28,124 bases of DNA, taken from a virus (taxonomy: Duplodnaviria > Caudoviricetes). The translations under genes were made by a program, and so were the position numbers. The DNA is taken from IMG/VR virus record IMGVR_UViG_3300009164_000283, positions 1 to 28,124 of that record; one strand, 5' to 3'. Below the pieces are notes generated by a model. It ran no database searches, was not told the DNA's origin, and saw only the letters and a program-made list of their open reading frames with translations. The first letter of the stretch is position 1. Every line of letters starts with the position of its first letter. Positions 1 through 8,926 of the stretch are shown here, in pieces.

Positions 1-291
1 TATCTCAAACACTTTCGTGATGTATATGCATCAGGAAGCATCATGTATACATACAACATGGCATGGGAATGTGTGAGAGAAACATCAAGCTTTGAGAAAG
101 CTTTGGTGATGGCAGTGAACAAAGGCTATGACGCTGACACTGTTGGTGCAGTGACAGGCATGTTGGCAGGGCGTAAGTATGGCTTGAAAGGTATACCCAC
201 TAGATGGCTTGACAAGCTAGTGAAGAAGGATGAGTTGATTGATATGGCTGAAAAACTTTATGCACTAGGAGGTGATGATGGAAAAGAATGA
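1..291 (+). CDS. ADP-ribosylglycohydrolase (ARH/DraG family), 5'-truncated by the window edge
   Basis: Frame 1 is open from base 1 (YLKHFRDVYASGSIMYTY...). It contains the ARH C-terminal signature AVNKGYDADTVGAVTGMLAGRKYG..GIP..W (family pattern G-x-D-x-D-T...A-G-A-x-Y-G...I-P-x-x-W). Confidence 0.85.
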   Translation, partial: YLKHFRDVYASGSIMYTYNMAWECVRETSSFEKALVMAVNKGYDADTVGAVTGMLAGRKYGLKGIPTRWLDKLVKKDELIDMAEKLYALGGDDGKE

Positions 292-472
292 TATGGAAGC
301 AGCGTTCCCCGATCAATACAAAGATGGCATGACCTTGCGTGACTACTTTGCGGCTAAAGCTATGCAGGGGATGCTTGCGGCCTGTACAGGATGGTCAGAC
401 GCAGACCAAGATCGCTTGGCTAGTACCAGCTACAGAATGGCAGACGAGATGATGAAGGCAAGAGAGCAATGA
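272..472 (+). CDS. Conserved small phage protein (GMTLRDYFAAKAMQG family)
   Basis: AFP...GMTLRDYFAAKAMQG...Y.MADEM motif, common in phage accessory ORFs. AGGAGG RBS upstream; ATGA overlap with the next gene. Confidence 0.8.
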   Translation: MMMEKNDMEAAFPDQYKDGMTLRDYFAAKAMQGMLAACTGWSDADQDRLASTSYRMADEMMKAREQ

Positions 473-1569
473 CACTGCCTCGCTATGTAACATTAGCCAA
501 AGCTGCCGAAGGCATAACCAAGTATCGCTACAACCCACCACAGGATGCAGTGGATGCAGGGGTGGTGGCTAGGCGTGTGCTTGGCACTGACAAATCTAAA
601 GCCTTTGCTTTAGCTGAAGAGCTGAACGCACAGCTAGACAACTGGCGTAAAGAACTTAGATATCTTAAAGATATATCAGAGGATACGAAAGTTGTTGACT
701 TAATCAAGGCGTATAAGAACAACATCACTTATACAAAGCTGAGTGTGAAGTCACAACGTGACTACCTCTACTATCTACAGGGATGGCAGGACAGCAAAGC
801 TAACGGCATACCTCTATATCAATGCAAGCTTGGTAGCTTAGTTACACCGCATTGTCAGAAGATATATGAACAGCATGCTGAACATAGTGTTAGCCTAGCT
901 AACCACACCTTAGCTGTCTATCGCTTGCTATTTAATTTTGCTATTCGTCATGGCTACATCACACACAATCCCTTTAGCAAGGTGCTTAGAAGGGCAGACA
1001 AGCCACGAAGAACTGTGTGGACAAGGGAAGATGTCAGAGCATTCATGAACACTGCCTACAGCACATTCAAATGGCGTAATGTAGGACTCATTGTTCAGAT
1101 GGCCTATGAATATGGACAGCGTATGGGTGATATGCGTAAGCTTAGATGGGATCAGGTAGACTTAGAGAAGGGTGTGTTGCATCTAGAGCAGAGCAAGCGC
1201 AGGTCTAGAGTGTCTATACCAACAAGCACTGGGCTTCTCACCATGTTGAAGCAACAGCATGCTGAGTTTGGGTGGCAGCAATACATTGCACCATCCAATA
1301 ATCCTGATAGGAAGGGTGGGCTATTGCCTTACAGTTTATTCAATCTGTCTAGGGTGGCTAAGCAAATTGTGGCTGAGGCTAACATCCCCAGTGATCTAGT
1401 ATTGCAAGACCTACGAAGGACAGCAATAACAGAAATGGTGGAGGCTGGTGTACCCATCACCAACATCATGTCAGTGTCAGGTCATGCTACACCGCAGAGC
1501 CTAACACCATACATCAAGAACACTTTGCGTAGTGCAACAGTGACACAGGAAATGAGAGGACTAGTATGA
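469..1569 (+). CDS. int: Tyrosine recombinase / phage integrase
   Basis: Catalytic layout GQR-MGD (R), QSK (K), QDLRR (H-x-x-R box with H replaced by Q), SGH and the C-terminal nucleophile Y (LTPY). A core-binding segment ending ITHNPF precedes the catalytic domain. Confidence 0.9.
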   Translation: MTLPRYVTLAKAAEGITKYRYNPPQDAVDAGVVARRVLGTDKSKAFALAEELNAQLDNWRKELRYLKDISEDTKVVDLIKAYKNNITYTKLSVKSQRDYLYYLQGWQDSKANGIPLYQCKLGSLVTPHCQKIYEQHAEHSVSLANHTLAVYRLLFNFAIRHGYITHNPFSKVLRRADKPRRTVWTREDVRAFMNTAYSTFKWRNVGLIVQMAYEYGQRMGDMRKLRWDQVDLEKGVLHLEQSKRRSRVSIPTSTGLLTMLKQQHAEFGWQQYIAPSNNPDRKGGLLPYSLFNLSRVAKQIVAEANIPSDLVLQDLRRTAITEMVEAGVPITNIMSVSGHATPQSLTPYIKNTLRSATVTQEMRGLV

Positions 1570-1736
1570 CATTGAGTCAGATTGAACAAGAGGCAATTGT
1601 TGTTAAACAACTTGAATGGTTAATTAAATATGAACTTAAGCATGATGCTGAACATCAAGACTGGGAACTTATTAATGCATTAGTAAGAGTTCTTAAAGAA
1701 TTTCAACCACTAGAATTTGTGGAGGAAAAGTCATGA
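1566..1736 (+). CDS. Hypothetical protein, 56 aa (MTLSQIEQEAIVV...EEKS), not in the supplied track
   Basis: ATGA overlaps with the integrase stop and with the next ORF; GAGG RBS; fills the gap exactly. Confidence 0.75.
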   Translation: MTLSQIEQEAIVVKQLEWLIKYELKHDAEHQDWELINALVRVLKEFQPLEFVEEKS

Positions 1737-1879
1737 GTGCTTGGCTAATTGCAATTGTAGGTGTGGTGTATACAGTGGTGGCAGTGGATCTGCTACTGAA
1801 AGGAAACATTGGATTAGGCATAGCTTTCATTGGTTATGCACTGGGTAATGTTGGTTTATATTTGGAGGCTGCAAAATGA
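1733..1879 (+). CDS. Small membrane protein, 48 aa (MSAWLIAIVGVVYTVVAVDLLLKGNIGLGIAFIGYALGNVGLYLEAAK), not in the supplied track
   Basis: GGAGG RBS, ATGA overlaps at both ends, two hydrophobic segments. Confidence 0.8.
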   Translation: MSAWLIAIVGVVYTVVAVDLLLKGNIGLGIAFIGYALGNVGLYLEAAK

Positions 1880-2115
1880 ATAGGGAAGAACACATGACTG
1901 ATTGGACACCAGAAGAAGACGAAGCCTTTAATGCTGTGGAACGGAACAGCAATCTTGGCAAACAAATACTTAGAGAAATGGGACAGCCCTACCATTGGGA
2001 AGCAGATGCCATCAAAGCCGCTGTGCTGATTGAGCGTGAGGCGTGTGCAAGGTTATGTGATGAGCATTTTCATCATGTTATGGGCAGCCACATCCGAGCA
2101 AGGGGACAAGCATGA
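1876..2115 (+). CDS. Hypothetical phage protein (EREACA...IRARG type C-terminus)
   Basis: GGAGG RBS and coupled start/stop; WTPEEDEAFN and EREACA-x-n-IRARG motifs are typical of phage accessory ORFs. Confidence 0.75.
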   Translation: MNREEHMTDWTPEEDEAFNAVERNSNLGKQILREMGQPYHWEADAIKAAVLIEREACARLCDEHFHHVMGSHIRARGQA

Positions 2116-2366
2116 AGATACACGAACTAGAAAACCTCATCATGGCTGCTTGGATAACTAAAGAGGACATCGACTCCATCCTATGGGTGGTGATGGATAG
2201 AGAAAAGAATCCAACAGAGGATGAGCTAGCCAATTTATTAATTGGACTACATGCCCTTCACGATGCTAGAATGGCTAAGCTGTTTAACGCATACGAGCAA
2301 GTGCTCAAGACCAACAAAATAGTCTACAAAGGTTATGACATTTTTAAAAACTCACCTACCTTGTGA
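2112..2366 (+). CDS. Hypothetical protein
   Basis: AGGGG RBS, ATGA coupling, 84 aa, operon position. Confidence 0.75.
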   Translation: MKIHELENLIMAAWITKEDIDSILWVVMDREKNPTEDELANLLIGLHALHDARMAKLFNAYEQVLKTNKIVYKGYDIFKNSPTL

Positions 2367-3948
2367 GACATGTGGTAGTAGTGATGGCTTGTCCATCAAC
2401 GAAGACATGTCCACCAAATGTTTTGTATGTAATACATACATCCCTTCCACCAACAATGAAAGACTAGAAGTGATTGACATTGATAGTGATAACAAAGACA
2501 CAAGTAGCTTCATTAAAAGTTACAACGAAGGACACAGTGTTAGTGTATCTGACAGACGCATTAACAAAGCCACAATGGAACGCTATGGTGTTGTTCGTAA
2601 TGATGGACACTACTACTTCCCCTACTATGACAGCAACACACAACTGGTGGCAGCTAAGCGTAGGGAAGTGAAGGACAAGAAGTTCACCACTGTTGGTGGA
2701 TGGAGCAAAGGAACACTGTTTGGACAGAACCTATACCCATCCAATGGCAAATACTTAACCATCACTGAAGGTGAGTTTGATGCACTGGCTGCTTACCAAT
2801 TGACAGGCAGTAAATATCCAGTGGTATCTATTCGCACAGGCGCAGGTAGTGCATTGAAAGATGCTAAAGCAAACTACGAATACATCAACAGCTTTGAAAA
2901 CATTGTGCTTTGCTTTGATGGTGATGAGGCAGGGCAGAAGGCAGCTAAGGAAGTTGCTGAATTGTTTGGTAGCAAGTGCAAAATATTTAAACCAGATCCT
3001 ACATATAAGGATGCATGTGAGTGGCTTGCTGATAGCAAAGAGTCTGCATTCATTGCCCGTTGGTGGGCAGCAGAGCCTTTCGTTCCTGATGGTATTGTCA
3101 GTGGTGTAGGGTTATGGGAGCTTGTGTCTACACCGATGGAAGCAGCAGACTGTTTCTATCCTTGGAAGGGACTCAACGATATCACCTATGGCATCAGAGC
3201 AGGTGAGCTTGTTACATTCACAGCAGGTAGTGGCTTAGGTAAGAGCCAAACTCTACGAGAAATAGTGTGGCACTTGTTACAGAACAGCAATGACAACATT
3301 GGCTTGATGTTTCTTGAAGAGAGTGTGAGAAAGACTAGCCTATCCATGATGAGTCTTGCTGCTGATACACCACTACATCTACCAACATCTGTGGTGTCTG
3401 ATGCTATACGCAGGGACGCATTTGAAAAGACATTAGGCACTGGGCGCTTGTACTTTTTTGATCACTTTGGTAGCACAGCCATTGAAAACATTGTCAATCG
3501 TGTGAAGTATATGGCTAAAGGGCTTGGATGTAAGTATGTCTTCTTAGACCACTTAAGCATCATCGTATCCAGTCAGGACAATGGCGATGAGCGCAAGGCC
3601 ATTGATGAAATTATGACCAAGCTTCGCATGCTTGTACAAGAAACAAACATTGCTCTCATCATTGTTAGCCACCTCAAGCGTCCCTCAGATAAGGGACATG
3701 AGGAAGGCGCAACCACTAGCTTAGCTCAGCTTAGAGGCAGTGCCGCCATTGCACAGCTTAGTGACATGGTGATATCGCTAGAGAGGAATGGACAGCACGA
3801 TGATCCCATTGAACGTAACACCACTAAGGTGAGAGTGTTGAAGAATCGTTTTGCAGGACAAACTGGTCCAGCTTGCAGCTTGCTTTATAACAAAGACACT
3901 GGCAGAATGTTTGAGATTGATGACACAATGGAAGGACTTATGCTATGA
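2335..3948 (+). CDS. Bifunctional DNA primase-helicase (T7 gp4-like)
   Basis: N-terminal Zn finger CETC...CFVC; TOPRIM motifs TEGEFDAL and FDGDEAG; DnaB-like helicase motifs AGSGLGKS (Walker A), FLDHL, VSHLKR, QLRGSAAIAQLSD, LKNRF. Confidence 0.96.
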   Translation: MTFLKTHLPCETCGSSDGLSINEDMSTKCFVCNTYIPSTNNERLEVIDIDSDNKDTSSFIKSYNEGHSVSVSDRRINKATMERYGVVRNDGHYYFPYYDSNTQLVAAKRREVKDKKFTTVGGWSKGTLFGQNLYPSNGKYLTITEGEFDALAAYQLTGSKYPVVSIRTGAGSALKDAKANYEYINSFENIVLCFDGDEAGQKAAKEVAELFGSKCKIFKPDPTYKDACEWLADSKESAFIARWWAAEPFVPDGIVSGVGLWELVSTPMEAADCFYPWKGLNDITYGIRAGELVTFTAGSGLGKSQTLREIVWHLLQNSNDNIGLMFLEESVRKTSLSMMSLAADTPLHLPTSVVSDAIRRDAFEKTLGTGRLYFFDHFGSTAIENIVNRVKYMAKGLGCKYVFLDHLSIIVSSQDNGDERKAIDEIMTKLRMLVQETNIALIIVSHLKRPSDKGHEEGATTSLAQLRGSAAIAQLSDMVISLERNGQHDDPIERNTTKVRVLKNRFAGQTGPACSLLYNKDTGRMFEIDDTMEGLML

Positions 3949-4181
3949 AGAAGTGGGATGGATTTGATAGTGCCATCATAGGCACAGCCAATCTTTGGAT
4001 TGGTAATGAACGTGTTGATGTGTTGGTATATGATTGTGAGAAGATGGTTGAACAATTGATGATCAGAGATGGTATGTCTTCTAATGATGCCATTGAATAC
4101 ATCAACTTCAACATTGAGAATGCATACATAGGAAAGGACACACCTGTAGTGGTGTGGAATTGGGGGGACTGGGATGAGTAA
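3945..4181 (+). CDS. Conserved phage hypothetical protein
   Basis: GFDSAIIG...VYD..KM....DGMS..DA.EY..FNI..AY.G..TP pattern; ATGA overlap. Confidence 0.8.
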   Translation: MKKWDGFDSAIIGTANLWIGNERVDVLVYDCEKMVEQLMIRDGMSSNDAIEYINFNIENAYIGKDTPVVVWNWGDWDE

Positions 4182-4371
4182 TGATGGAAAGGGACATGCT
4201 CAGCGTACCAGATCAATAGCTGATGAGGAATGGGCTACTAGATGGAATGCCATCTTTGGTAGAGATTCAGTAGAAGATTACAAACAGTCGGTAGATGTTG
4301 ACAACCTCCGACAAAATGATAAGGACAAGGACGATGATCTTCTTAGACATAGAGACAAACCTGAAACATGA
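4174..4371 (+). CDS. Small conserved phage protein (DGKG...RWNAIFG type)
   Basis: Starts within the end of the previous ORF after a GGGGG RBS; MSNDGKG...EEWATRWNAIFG motif; overlaps the polymerase start. Confidence 0.65.
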   Translation: MSNDGKGHAQRTRSIADEEWATRWNAIFGRDSVEDYKQSVDVDNLRQNDKDKDDDLLRHRDKPET

Positions 4372-6049
4372 CACCATATGGTTGTGTGTTACTAAGCACA
4401 ACACTACTGGAGAGGTGAGGCACTGGCGGGAAGCCGACAGCTTGCAACAATACTTAGATGGTGAGCAAGTGGTGGGCCATAACATCATTGGATTTGATGC
4501 ACCAGTGCTTAAGAAGGTATGGGGTGTAGTCATTCCTAACAACATGTTAGTAGATACTCTTGTTATGTCACGCCTGTACAAGCCCGACATTGATATTGTC
4601 GTGCCTGTATCGGGCAAAGCCCCTACTCCTCACAGTCTTGAGGCATGGGGCTACCGCTTAGGCAGCTACAAGATTGGCTTCACTGACTTCGACAGTGGAT
4701 GGACACAAGAGATGGCTACCTACTGTGAGCAGGATGTGTTGCTGCTTGAGAAACTATATAACCACCTATCTACAGTGATGGTGAAGGAAGGGTTTTCACT
4801 ACAAAGCATTCAGCTTGAGCATGAGGTTGCCATCATCTGTAGAGGAATGGAAAACAATGGCTTCATGTTAGACATTGAGAAAGCTATGGTGCTTAATGCA
4901 ACATTGAGTGGACGTATGTCTGACATTGAAGAAGAAATGCAGAAGGTGTTTCCCCCTATTGTGGAACAGCGTGTGTCTGAGAAGACAGGCAAGCAGCTCA
5001 AGGACAAAGTAACCATATTCAATCCCGGAAGTAGACAGCAAATTGGTGATAGGCTTATCCACCTTGGATGGAAGCCAAATAAAATGACCCCAACGGGTCA
5101 ACCTATAGTGGATGAGGACACTTTGAAGGGTGTTGTGTTCCCAGAGGGTCAAATAATTGCTGAGTATTTGATGATACAAAAGCGTGTAGCTCAGATAAGT
5201 AGTTGGTTAGAACTAGTGGGTGATGATGGTAGGGTGCATGGTAGAGTTACTACCAATGGTGCTGTCACTGGCAGAGCTACACACAGTAGCCCTAACATGG
5301 CACAGATACCTGCAGTGGGTAACCCCTATGGAGCAGAGTGTAGGGAGGTGTGGACAGTGCCTAAAGGCTACAAGCAAGTGGGTGTTGATCTATCAGGCAT
5401 TGAGCTTCGCTGCTTAGGCCACTACCTGAATGACCAAGAGTGGATGGATGAGCTGCTTAAGGGTGATATCCATTGGTTTAATGCACAGAGTTTTGGCTTG
5501 GTGGAGAAGGGTACTATCAAGGACGATAACAATCCCGAACATAAGAAGGCTAGAAATACCACAAAAACTCTGACATATGGAGTGCTCTACGGAGCAGGAG
5601 CAGTCAAAGCTGGAAGTATTGTTGGTGGAAATAGCAGCAAAGGTAAGAAACTAATTGATAGTTTTATTAACAATACGCCCGGACTTTCTGCATTGAAGAA
5701 GAAGATATCTAGGCTGATGGCTAAGGGACATTTACCTGCACTGGATGGACGCAGAGTGTGGGTCAGATCTGAGCATGCTGCATTGAATACATTGTTGCAA
5801 AGTGCAGGTGCTATAATAGCAAAACAATGGCTTATTGAAGCAACAAATCTATTGCAAGAAAATAGAATAGATGCTAAACTGTTAGCGTTTGTTCATGATG
5901 AAACACAATGGGAAGTAAGAGAAGATCAGGCAGGGGAAGCAGTTAAGCTCATCGAGCAAGCTGCAACTAAAGCAGGAGAAGCTCTTAAGTTTCGTTGCCC
6001 AGTAGATGCCGAAGGAAAGATTGGCAACAACTGGCGTGAATGTCACTGA
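4334..6049 (+). CDS. DNA polymerase family A with 3'-5' exonuclease (T7 gp5-like)
   Basis: Exo motifs DIETN, GHNIIGFD, YCEQDV; GAVTGRATHSSPN; motif A DLSGIELR, motif B RNTTKTLTYGVLYGAG, motif C VHDE. Start moved to ATG 4334 (AAGGA RBS, MIFLDIET). Confidence 0.96.
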   Translation: MIFLDIETNLKHDTIWLCVTKHNTTGEVRHWREADSLQQYLDGEQVVGHNIIGFDAPVLKKVWGVVIPNNMLVDTLVMSRLYKPDIDIVVPVSGKAPTPHSLEAWGYRLGSYKIGFTDFDSGWTQEMATYCEQDVLLLEKLYNHLSTVMVKEGFSLQSIQLEHEVAIICRGMENNGFMLDIEKAMVLNATLSGRMSDIEEEMQKVFPPIVEQRVSEKTGKQLKDKVTIFNPGSRQQIGDRLIHLGWKPNKMTPTGQPIVDEDTLKGVVFPEGQIIAEYLMIQKRVAQISSWLELVGDDGRVHGRVTTNGAVTGRATHSSPNMAQIPAVGNPYGAECREVWTVPKGYKQVGVDLSGIELRCLGHYLNDQEWMDELLKGDIHWFNAQSFGLVEKGTIKDDNNPEHKKARNTTKTLTYGVLYGAGAVKAGSIVGGNSSKGKKLIDSFINNTPGLSALKKKISRLMAKGHLPALDGRRVWVRSEHAALNTLLQSAGAIIAKQWLIEATNLLQENRIDAKLLAFVHDETQWEVREDQAGEAVKLIEQAATKAGEALKFRCPVDAEGKIGNNWRECH

Positions 6050-6082
6050 CGTTACTAGTGAGTTTTTATATTGGAGAAAATT

Positions 6083-6502
6083 ATGACTGAAGAAAAGAAA
6101 GCCATCAAGATTAAAGCTGATGTGTTCTGGTGTCAACACAATAAAGTGAATGACATGTCTGGTAAGTTTCAGTTGAACTTGTGCAACCTGTCTGACGCTG
6201 CTGTTGAAGCATTGGAAGATATGGGAATCAGTGTTCAAACTGGAGAAGACAAGAAGGCTGACATGGGCAAGTACATCACTTGCAAATCAGAGAAAGCCAT
6301 TCGTGTTTTTGATACAGACAACGATGAAATTACTGAAGCCATTGGCAATGGTAGCAAGGGTAAGGCGTTGGTATCTACATATTCTTGGACTTACAAGAAT
6401 AAAAAAGGTATTAGCCCTTCATTAAAGAAACTGGTCATTACAGACTTGGTAGAGTATTCCGCTGCTAGCGGTATTGATGCAAACGATGAGGACGTATTAT
6501 GA
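6083..6502 (+). CDS. Single-stranded DNA-binding protein (T7 gp2.5-like)
   Basis: Follows the polymerase; GKFQLNL, IGNGS and LVITDLVEY motifs; acidic C-terminal tail (DANDEDVL). ATG 6083 has a GGAG RBS. Confidence 0.8.
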   Translation: MTEEKKAIKIKADVFWCQHNKVNDMSGKFQLNLCNLSDAAVEALEDMGISVQTGEDKKADMGKYITCKSEKAIRVFDTDNDEITEAIGNGSKGKALVSTYSWTYKNKKGISPSLKKLVITDLVEYSAASGIDANDEDVL

Positions 6503-6684
6503 ATTTGAATATCACATTGACATTGGACCAATTGAATTTGGTATTAGCAGCGCTTGCTAAGCTTCCTTTTGAAGCTGTTACAGACACCATTGCTGTTATC
6601 CGACAGCAGGGATCTGAACAACTACAAGCAGCAGAAGCAGCAGCCGCTGATACAGTACCAGTGGTGGTTGAAGAAGTTGCTTAA
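6499..6684 (+). CDS. Small conserved phage protein
   Basis: LTLDQLNLVLAALAKLPF.....I..I..Q pattern; GAGG RBS; coupled at both ends. Confidence 0.75.
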   Translation: MNLNITLTLDQLNLVLAALAKLPFEAVTDTIAVIRQQGSEQLQAAEAAAADTVPVVVEEVA

Positions 6685-7385
6685 TGAAAGCAATCTTTGA
6701 TGCGGATATATTCGCATACAGAGCAGCATCTGCATGTGAGGAAGAAGACGAAGCAACGGCACAGCGAACACTGGATCGTTTAATTGTTGATGTCCTCATG
6801 TGTGGTGTTGATAACATCTATCCCAAATGCTTCGTGGATAGTTGGAGCATGCACCTCACAGGTAAGAACAACTTCCGATATGAGATAGCCACCACTGTTC
6901 CTTACAAAGGAAACAGAGTGGACAAGCCTAAGCCAAAGCATCTAGCTTTCCTTAGAAGTTATCTTGTTAAGGAGTGGGGAGCTTCTATCTCTGAGGGTGA
7001 GGAAGCAGATGACACAGTGGCTATAGAGGCTACAAAGCTTGGTGACAACTGTGTTATTGTTTCTTTAGATAAAGACTTAGATCAGGTATGTGGATGGCAT
7101 TACAACTTTGTAAAGCATAGTGGTTATTACATTACACCAGAGCAGGGCTTGGTTAAGTTGTATACACAGATGCTAACAGGTGATGCTGCTGATAACATCA
7201 AAGGATTGTTTCGTGTTGGTCCAGTGAAAGCAGCCAAGATAATTGGGGACACAACAGATGAACTTGAGCTATACAACAAAGTGTTGGAAGCTTATGAAGG
7301 CGATGCTGAGCGTGTGTTAGAGAATGCTCAGCTTCTTTTCTTACGAAGATATGAAGGACAGATATGGACTCCTCCACAAGCTTAA
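6684..7385 (+). CDS. 5'-3' exonuclease (T7 gp6 / FEN-like)
   Basis: DADIFAY, NFR...YKGNR, EADD, DKDLDQ and GDAADNIKG...VGPVKA (H3TH) motifs. Confidence 0.93.
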   Translation: MKAIFDADIFAYRAASACEEEDEATAQRTLDRLIVDVLMCGVDNIYPKCFVDSWSMHLTGKNNFRYEIATTVPYKGNRVDKPKPKHLAFLRSYLVKEWGASISEGEEADDTVAIEATKLGDNCVIVSLDKDLDQVCGWHYNFVKHSGYYITPEQGLVKLYTQMLTGDAADNIKGLFRVGPVKAAKIIGDTTDELELYNKVLEAYEGDAERVLENAQLLFLRRYEGQIWTPPQA

Positions 7386-7702
7386 AGCCAAATGACATTG
7401 CACTAATCTTACGCCCTACTATTGTGGATGGTATATATCAAAACAACTTTCAGGTATTAGTCAGTGGCTTTGGTCCAATCACTATCAGTGAAGATGATGT
7501 AAACAATTTGATTGGTATGGCTACGATATTAGCATCAGTAATTCCACACATGGAAGAAGACGATAAACTAGCTAACAAACTTGTTGAGTATTGCGGTAAG
7601 ATGTTTGCTGATGTTGGAGATATTTCATATAACTCAGATCATGATAGCTTTGATGATGGCAGCTTTACTATTAATACCAAGACAATTGGGGGCATACAAT
7701 GA
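7364..7702 (+). CDS. Hypothetical protein
   Basis: 112-aa ORF with AAGGA RBS, coupled to the next gene. Confidence 0.7.
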   Translation: MDSSTSLKPNDIALILRPTIVDGIYQNNFQVLVSGFGPITISEDDVNNLIGMATILASVIPHMEEDDKLANKLVEYCGKMFADVGDISYNSDHDSFDDGSFTINTKTIGGIQ

Positions 7703-7962
7703 ATATAGATGATACGTTGGAACAGAGAGGCACTAGATATGGCAACTACAAAGAAGATGTATCAAGGGTTTCTCAAGCATTAAAAGACACACTTAGGTCA
7801 GGCTCTGAATGGAATTCTATGGATGACGATATGAAGGAAAGCTTTGATCTAATCTGTAACAAGATGTCTCGCATTGTTAATGGAGATCCGTGGTATCATG
7901 ACTCATGGTATGACATCATTGGCTATGCTCGGCTAGTGGAAGAACGACTGGAAAAATTATGA
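7699..7962 (+). CDS. DUF6378-like phage protein
   Basis: RG..YG...K.SRIVNGDP...DSW.DI.GYA.L pattern. Confidence 0.75.
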   Translation: MNIDDTLEQRGTRYGNYKEDVSRVSQALKDTLRSGSEWNSMDDDMKESFDLICNKMSRIVNGDPWYHDSWYDIIGYARLVEERLEKL

Positions 7963-8135
7963 TATCTATTGACATTCAATTAAAGGTTTTCTTTAGACCT
8001 GAAGACCTACCCAATGTCTATCTAAATGAAGAAGTGCTGAGTGAAGCCATCACTGAAAACTTAACTGCTTCGTTGGAGAGAATGGATGCAGAAGATGTAA
8101 TCTTTTGTTTCGTAGATATTGAAGGACTAGAATGA
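7959..8135 (+). CDS. Hypothetical acidic protein, 58 aa (MISIDIQLKVFF...IEGLE), not in the supplied track
   Basis: ATGA overlaps at both ends; fills the gap exactly. Confidence 0.72.
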   Translation: MISIDIQLKVFFRPEDLPNVYLNEEVLSEAITENLTASLERMDAEDVIFCFVDIEGLE

Positions 8136-8332
8136 AAGTCAATTCTGTAACAATTAGAGAAGTAACTAACGGCTATGTTATTGAACATGTTTGTGAATCA
8201 GAGTATGATGAATTTATTTGTGAGTTTGTCACTCTAGATATTGACGAAGCTGTTGCAATAGTTAGAGATTTATTTATGCATTACGATGCTGCTGACATGT
8301 CTCATTTAGTAGATACAGCAATTGGTAGATAA
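8132..8332 (+). CDS. Hypothetical protein
   Basis: AAGGA RBS; ITIxxVxNGYVI-type N-terminus seen in small phage proteins. Confidence 0.72.
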   Translation: MKVNSVTIREVTNGYVIEHVCESEYDEFICEFVTLDIDEAVAIVRDLFMHYDAADMSHLVDTAIGR

Positions 8333-8702
8333 GAAAAGAAACGGTGGCGAGTGGACTGACTCTAGGTTCAGGAGCTTTGTCACCTCTGCTCTTCGTGCTG
8401 CGTCTAGACGTTGGCCTCCTAAATTCAAAGCTTTGAAAGAAGCTTTTGTTGGCAGGAAGACTAACAAGAAGACGGGCAAGCTGGCTATGCATTACAAATG
8501 TGCAAAGTGTAAGAAGCATTTTGTTGCTGCTGATGTGCAGGTAGATCATATACTACCAGTAGTATCACCAACAGAAGGCTTTGTTAGTTGGGACTTGTTC
8601 ATTGATCGTATCTTTTGTGAGATAGAAAATCTACAAGTGTTATGCAAACCCTGTCACAAAATAAAGACAGAGCAAGAGAAAGAAAAAAGGAAAAAGAAAT
8701 GA
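8322..8702 (+). CDS. HNH endonuclease
   Basis: CAKC...VDHILPVV...NLQVLCKPCHKIKT. The start codon (TTG) is uncertain. Confidence 0.88.
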   Translation: MVDKKRNGGEWTDSRFRSFVTSALRAASRRWPPKFKALKEAFVGRKTNKKTGKLAMHYKCAKCKKHFVAADVQVDHILPVVSPTEGFVSWDLFIDRIFCEIENLQVLCKPCHKIKTEQEKEKRKKK

Positions 8703-8863
8703 ATGTTGAACTGGTAAAAGAACATGAAGATGGTAGTGCAACCTACCTATTTGATTTGACAGCGGAAGAGAAAACAATATTATTAAACTTTGCCATAATT
8801 ACAGCACTAAAGAATTCCATTACTGAGGGTGAAAAATATAGTGATGACCTTGATATAGACTGA
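8699..8863 (+). CDS. Hypothetical protein, 54 aa (MNVELVKEHEDGSATY...)
   Basis: ATG 8699 overlaps the HNH stop (ATGA) and has an AAGGA RBS, so it is preferred over the track's 8642 start. Confidence 0.72.
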   Translation: MNVELVKEHEDGSATYLFDLTAEEKTILLNFAIITALKNSITEGEKYSDDLDID

Positions 8864-8883
8864 GGTATAACTACCTTTCCTTT

Positions 8884-8906
8884 AGGAGCTTCGGCTCCTT
8901 TTTTTT
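8884..8906 (+). terminator. Rho-independent terminator
   Basis: AGGAGC-TTCG-GCTCCT stem-loop (cUUCGg tetraloop) running into an 8-T run. Confidence 0.88.
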
Positions 8907-8926
8907 ACCGCCTGTTAGGAATATTT

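Noticed and set aside
4295-4333. Track's upstream start for DNA polymerase (likewise 6071, 8642, 10718, 11728 and 24067 for other genes)
   Set aside because: Downstream ATGs have better RBS or stop-start coupling and begin at the conserved domain.
4334-6049. DnaJ-like zinc-finger insertion or intein in the polymerase, as in HMO-2011-type phages
   Set aside because: There are no CxxCxGxG repeats or intein motifs, and the protein is compact (571 aa).
6043-6067. TCACT...AGTGA hairpin plus T-run after the polymerase
   Set aside because: The stem is only about 5 bp with a long loop, too weak to call a terminator.
8843-8871. Possible sigma70 promoter with -10 TATAAC
   Set aside because: There is no convincing -35 at 16-18 nt (TTGATA is only 10 nt away), and a terminator follows immediately.
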